Source: Mobula hypostoma (taxonomy: Eukaryota). From it: a stretch of 64,000 nt of DNA. Shown here one piece after another: positions 62,525 through 64,000 of the stretch (the stretch's first letter is position 1; every line of letters starts with the position of its first letter). Location of the stretch: positions 157,792,001 to 157,856,000 of the forward strand of contig NC_086097.1 of NCBI RefSeq assembly GCF_963921235.1, given 5' to 3'. The position numbers and the translations under genes were made by a program. Below the pieces are notes generated by a model, which saw only the letters and a list, made by a program, of their open reading frames with translations, did not search any database and had not been told where the DNA came from.

Positions 62525-62645
62525 GCACACAGAAAATGCTGAAGGAACTCAGCAGATCAGGCAGCATCCATGAAGAGAAATAAATAGTAAAGCTGAGACC
62601 CTTCATCTCACCTGGTGAGTTCCTCCAGCATTTTGTATGTGTTCC
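62525..62645. mobile_element. Short inverted Penelope-terminal repeat remnant
   Basis: aaaatgctgaaggaactca ... tgagttcctccagcatttt inverted ends. Confidence 0.6.
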
Positions 62646-63499
62646 CCAGTGTGCATTCATATTCATTATCTAGTTTCAACAAACTTATAACATAGAGTAG
62701 TACAGCACAGCACAGGAACAGCCCCTTTGGAGCACAATGTTAAGCAGAACTAAGTAAACTGCTATGTAATTACTTAACTAAACTAGTCTTCTGCCTGCAC
62801 AGTGTATATAGCTTGCTATGTATGTCTGCAGAAGAAGAATCTCAGTGTTGTATGTGTTACGTAGCTGCTCTGATAATAAATTTTACTTTGATCTTATATC
62901 TCTCCATTTTCTGTAGATTCATGTACCTTTCTCAGAGCCTCTTAAAGACCTCTATCACATTTGCTTCTACTACCACCCTTTGCAGTGCATTCCAGGCATA
63001 TACTGTGTAAAAACAGCTTGCTCCACACTTCCCCTTTGTTTTTAAACCACTTCCCACCACCTGCTCCCCCCCCCCCCCACTTTTACCTTAAATGCAAAGT
63101 CTCTATTAGTCAATATTTTGACTTTTGACACAGGGAGTTTCATTAGTTGAAACACATATTATTTCACACTGTCAAAAACTTCCTTAAATGTGACCCTGTC
63201 CTTGATGTGAGTAGCAGAGGCTCACATTCAGAACAAACAATGCTGCCATCACTTTGGATGAAGACATCAAAGTGAAACCTTATTCCAGTCAAAAGTAACT
63301 GAAAACAGAAAATGCTGGAAACAAGCAGGTTGGGCTGCATCCATGAGAAAGGAACAGAGTTAACATTTCAAGTTGAAGACCCTTTATCAGAAATGGGAAA
63401 GAGATAAGAGAAGCTTGATAAGCTGAAGAGAGGGTGATTTAGAGGGTGGAAGATGTCTGTGATAGAGTTAAGCAGGGGTGACCATGAGGATAAACTCTT

Positions 63500-63870
63500 G
63501 GACCTTGAAAACTTGCCCCTCAGATCCCCTTTATAACTTTCCTCCTCTTCTTAAACCTATGCCCTCTACGTTCAGATTTTCCTACTCAGGAGGAAAGACT
63601 GTGATCATCCATCTTATCTATCCCCCAACTCCCTATATCCATTGATCTTCTGGCATTAAGAAATACAGTATATTCATTTCCTTCATAAATACACTTTCTG
63701 CCTTGGCCTCAACGATCTTCTACGGTAGAGGATTCCACAGTTTCACTTAACTCCAGGTAAAGGAACTTCTCCTGATCTCAGTTCTAAGTGGCATATCCTG
63801 TATCTTGACACTGTGACACCTGGCTCTGGACTCTGCATTCACTAGGAACATCCTCCCTATATTTACGTGT
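63500..63870 (-). mobile_element. CR1 3' fragments, degraded
   Basis: Minus ORF RMFLVNAESRARCHSVKIQDMPLRTEIRRSSFT matches the CR1 C-terminus. Confidence 0.7.
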
Positions 63871-64000
63871 CTGAGTTGTACACATTTCTCGAGAAACTCA
63901 TAGCAATCAATGAGCCTTATCAGCAGTACAAGTATTCCAAGTCTTTTCTGAGTTCTCATGAAAGTCAAGTGGAATGTTCTAGCTCCTCATTCAATGAAAG

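Overview
Repeat-dense vertebrate intronic or intergenic DNA, probably from a cartilaginous fish (inferred from the repeat repertoire: HER1-like CR1 LINEs, HE1-like SINEs, Rex/Babar, RTE, Penelope-like, hAT and Gypsy elements). No host gene is confidently identified; only a few weak exon candidates are seen. Highlights: (1) a Gypsy LTR element (54289-57161) whose RT/RNase H/integrase region is replaced by an intron-less fragment of host RBM25 coding sequence, i.e. apparent mRNA capture; (2) a young Gmr1-type Gypsy element (10685-15498) with near-identical LTRs, 4-bp TSD, tRNA-Pro PBS and one 950-aa ORF that keeps Gag, a SCAN-like domain, a zinc knuckle and protease but only in-frame, catalytically dead remnants of IN, RT and RNase H, nested in an older Gypsy element; (3) Penelope-terminal repeats carrying a minimal type I hammerhead-ribozyme motif, including two fold-back insertions and a 28-bp micro-insertion with 13-15 bp TSDs; (4) nested hAT transposons, a hAT transposase fossil and a solo LTR. 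Boundaries of degraded repeats are approximate and all homologies were recognised by eye.
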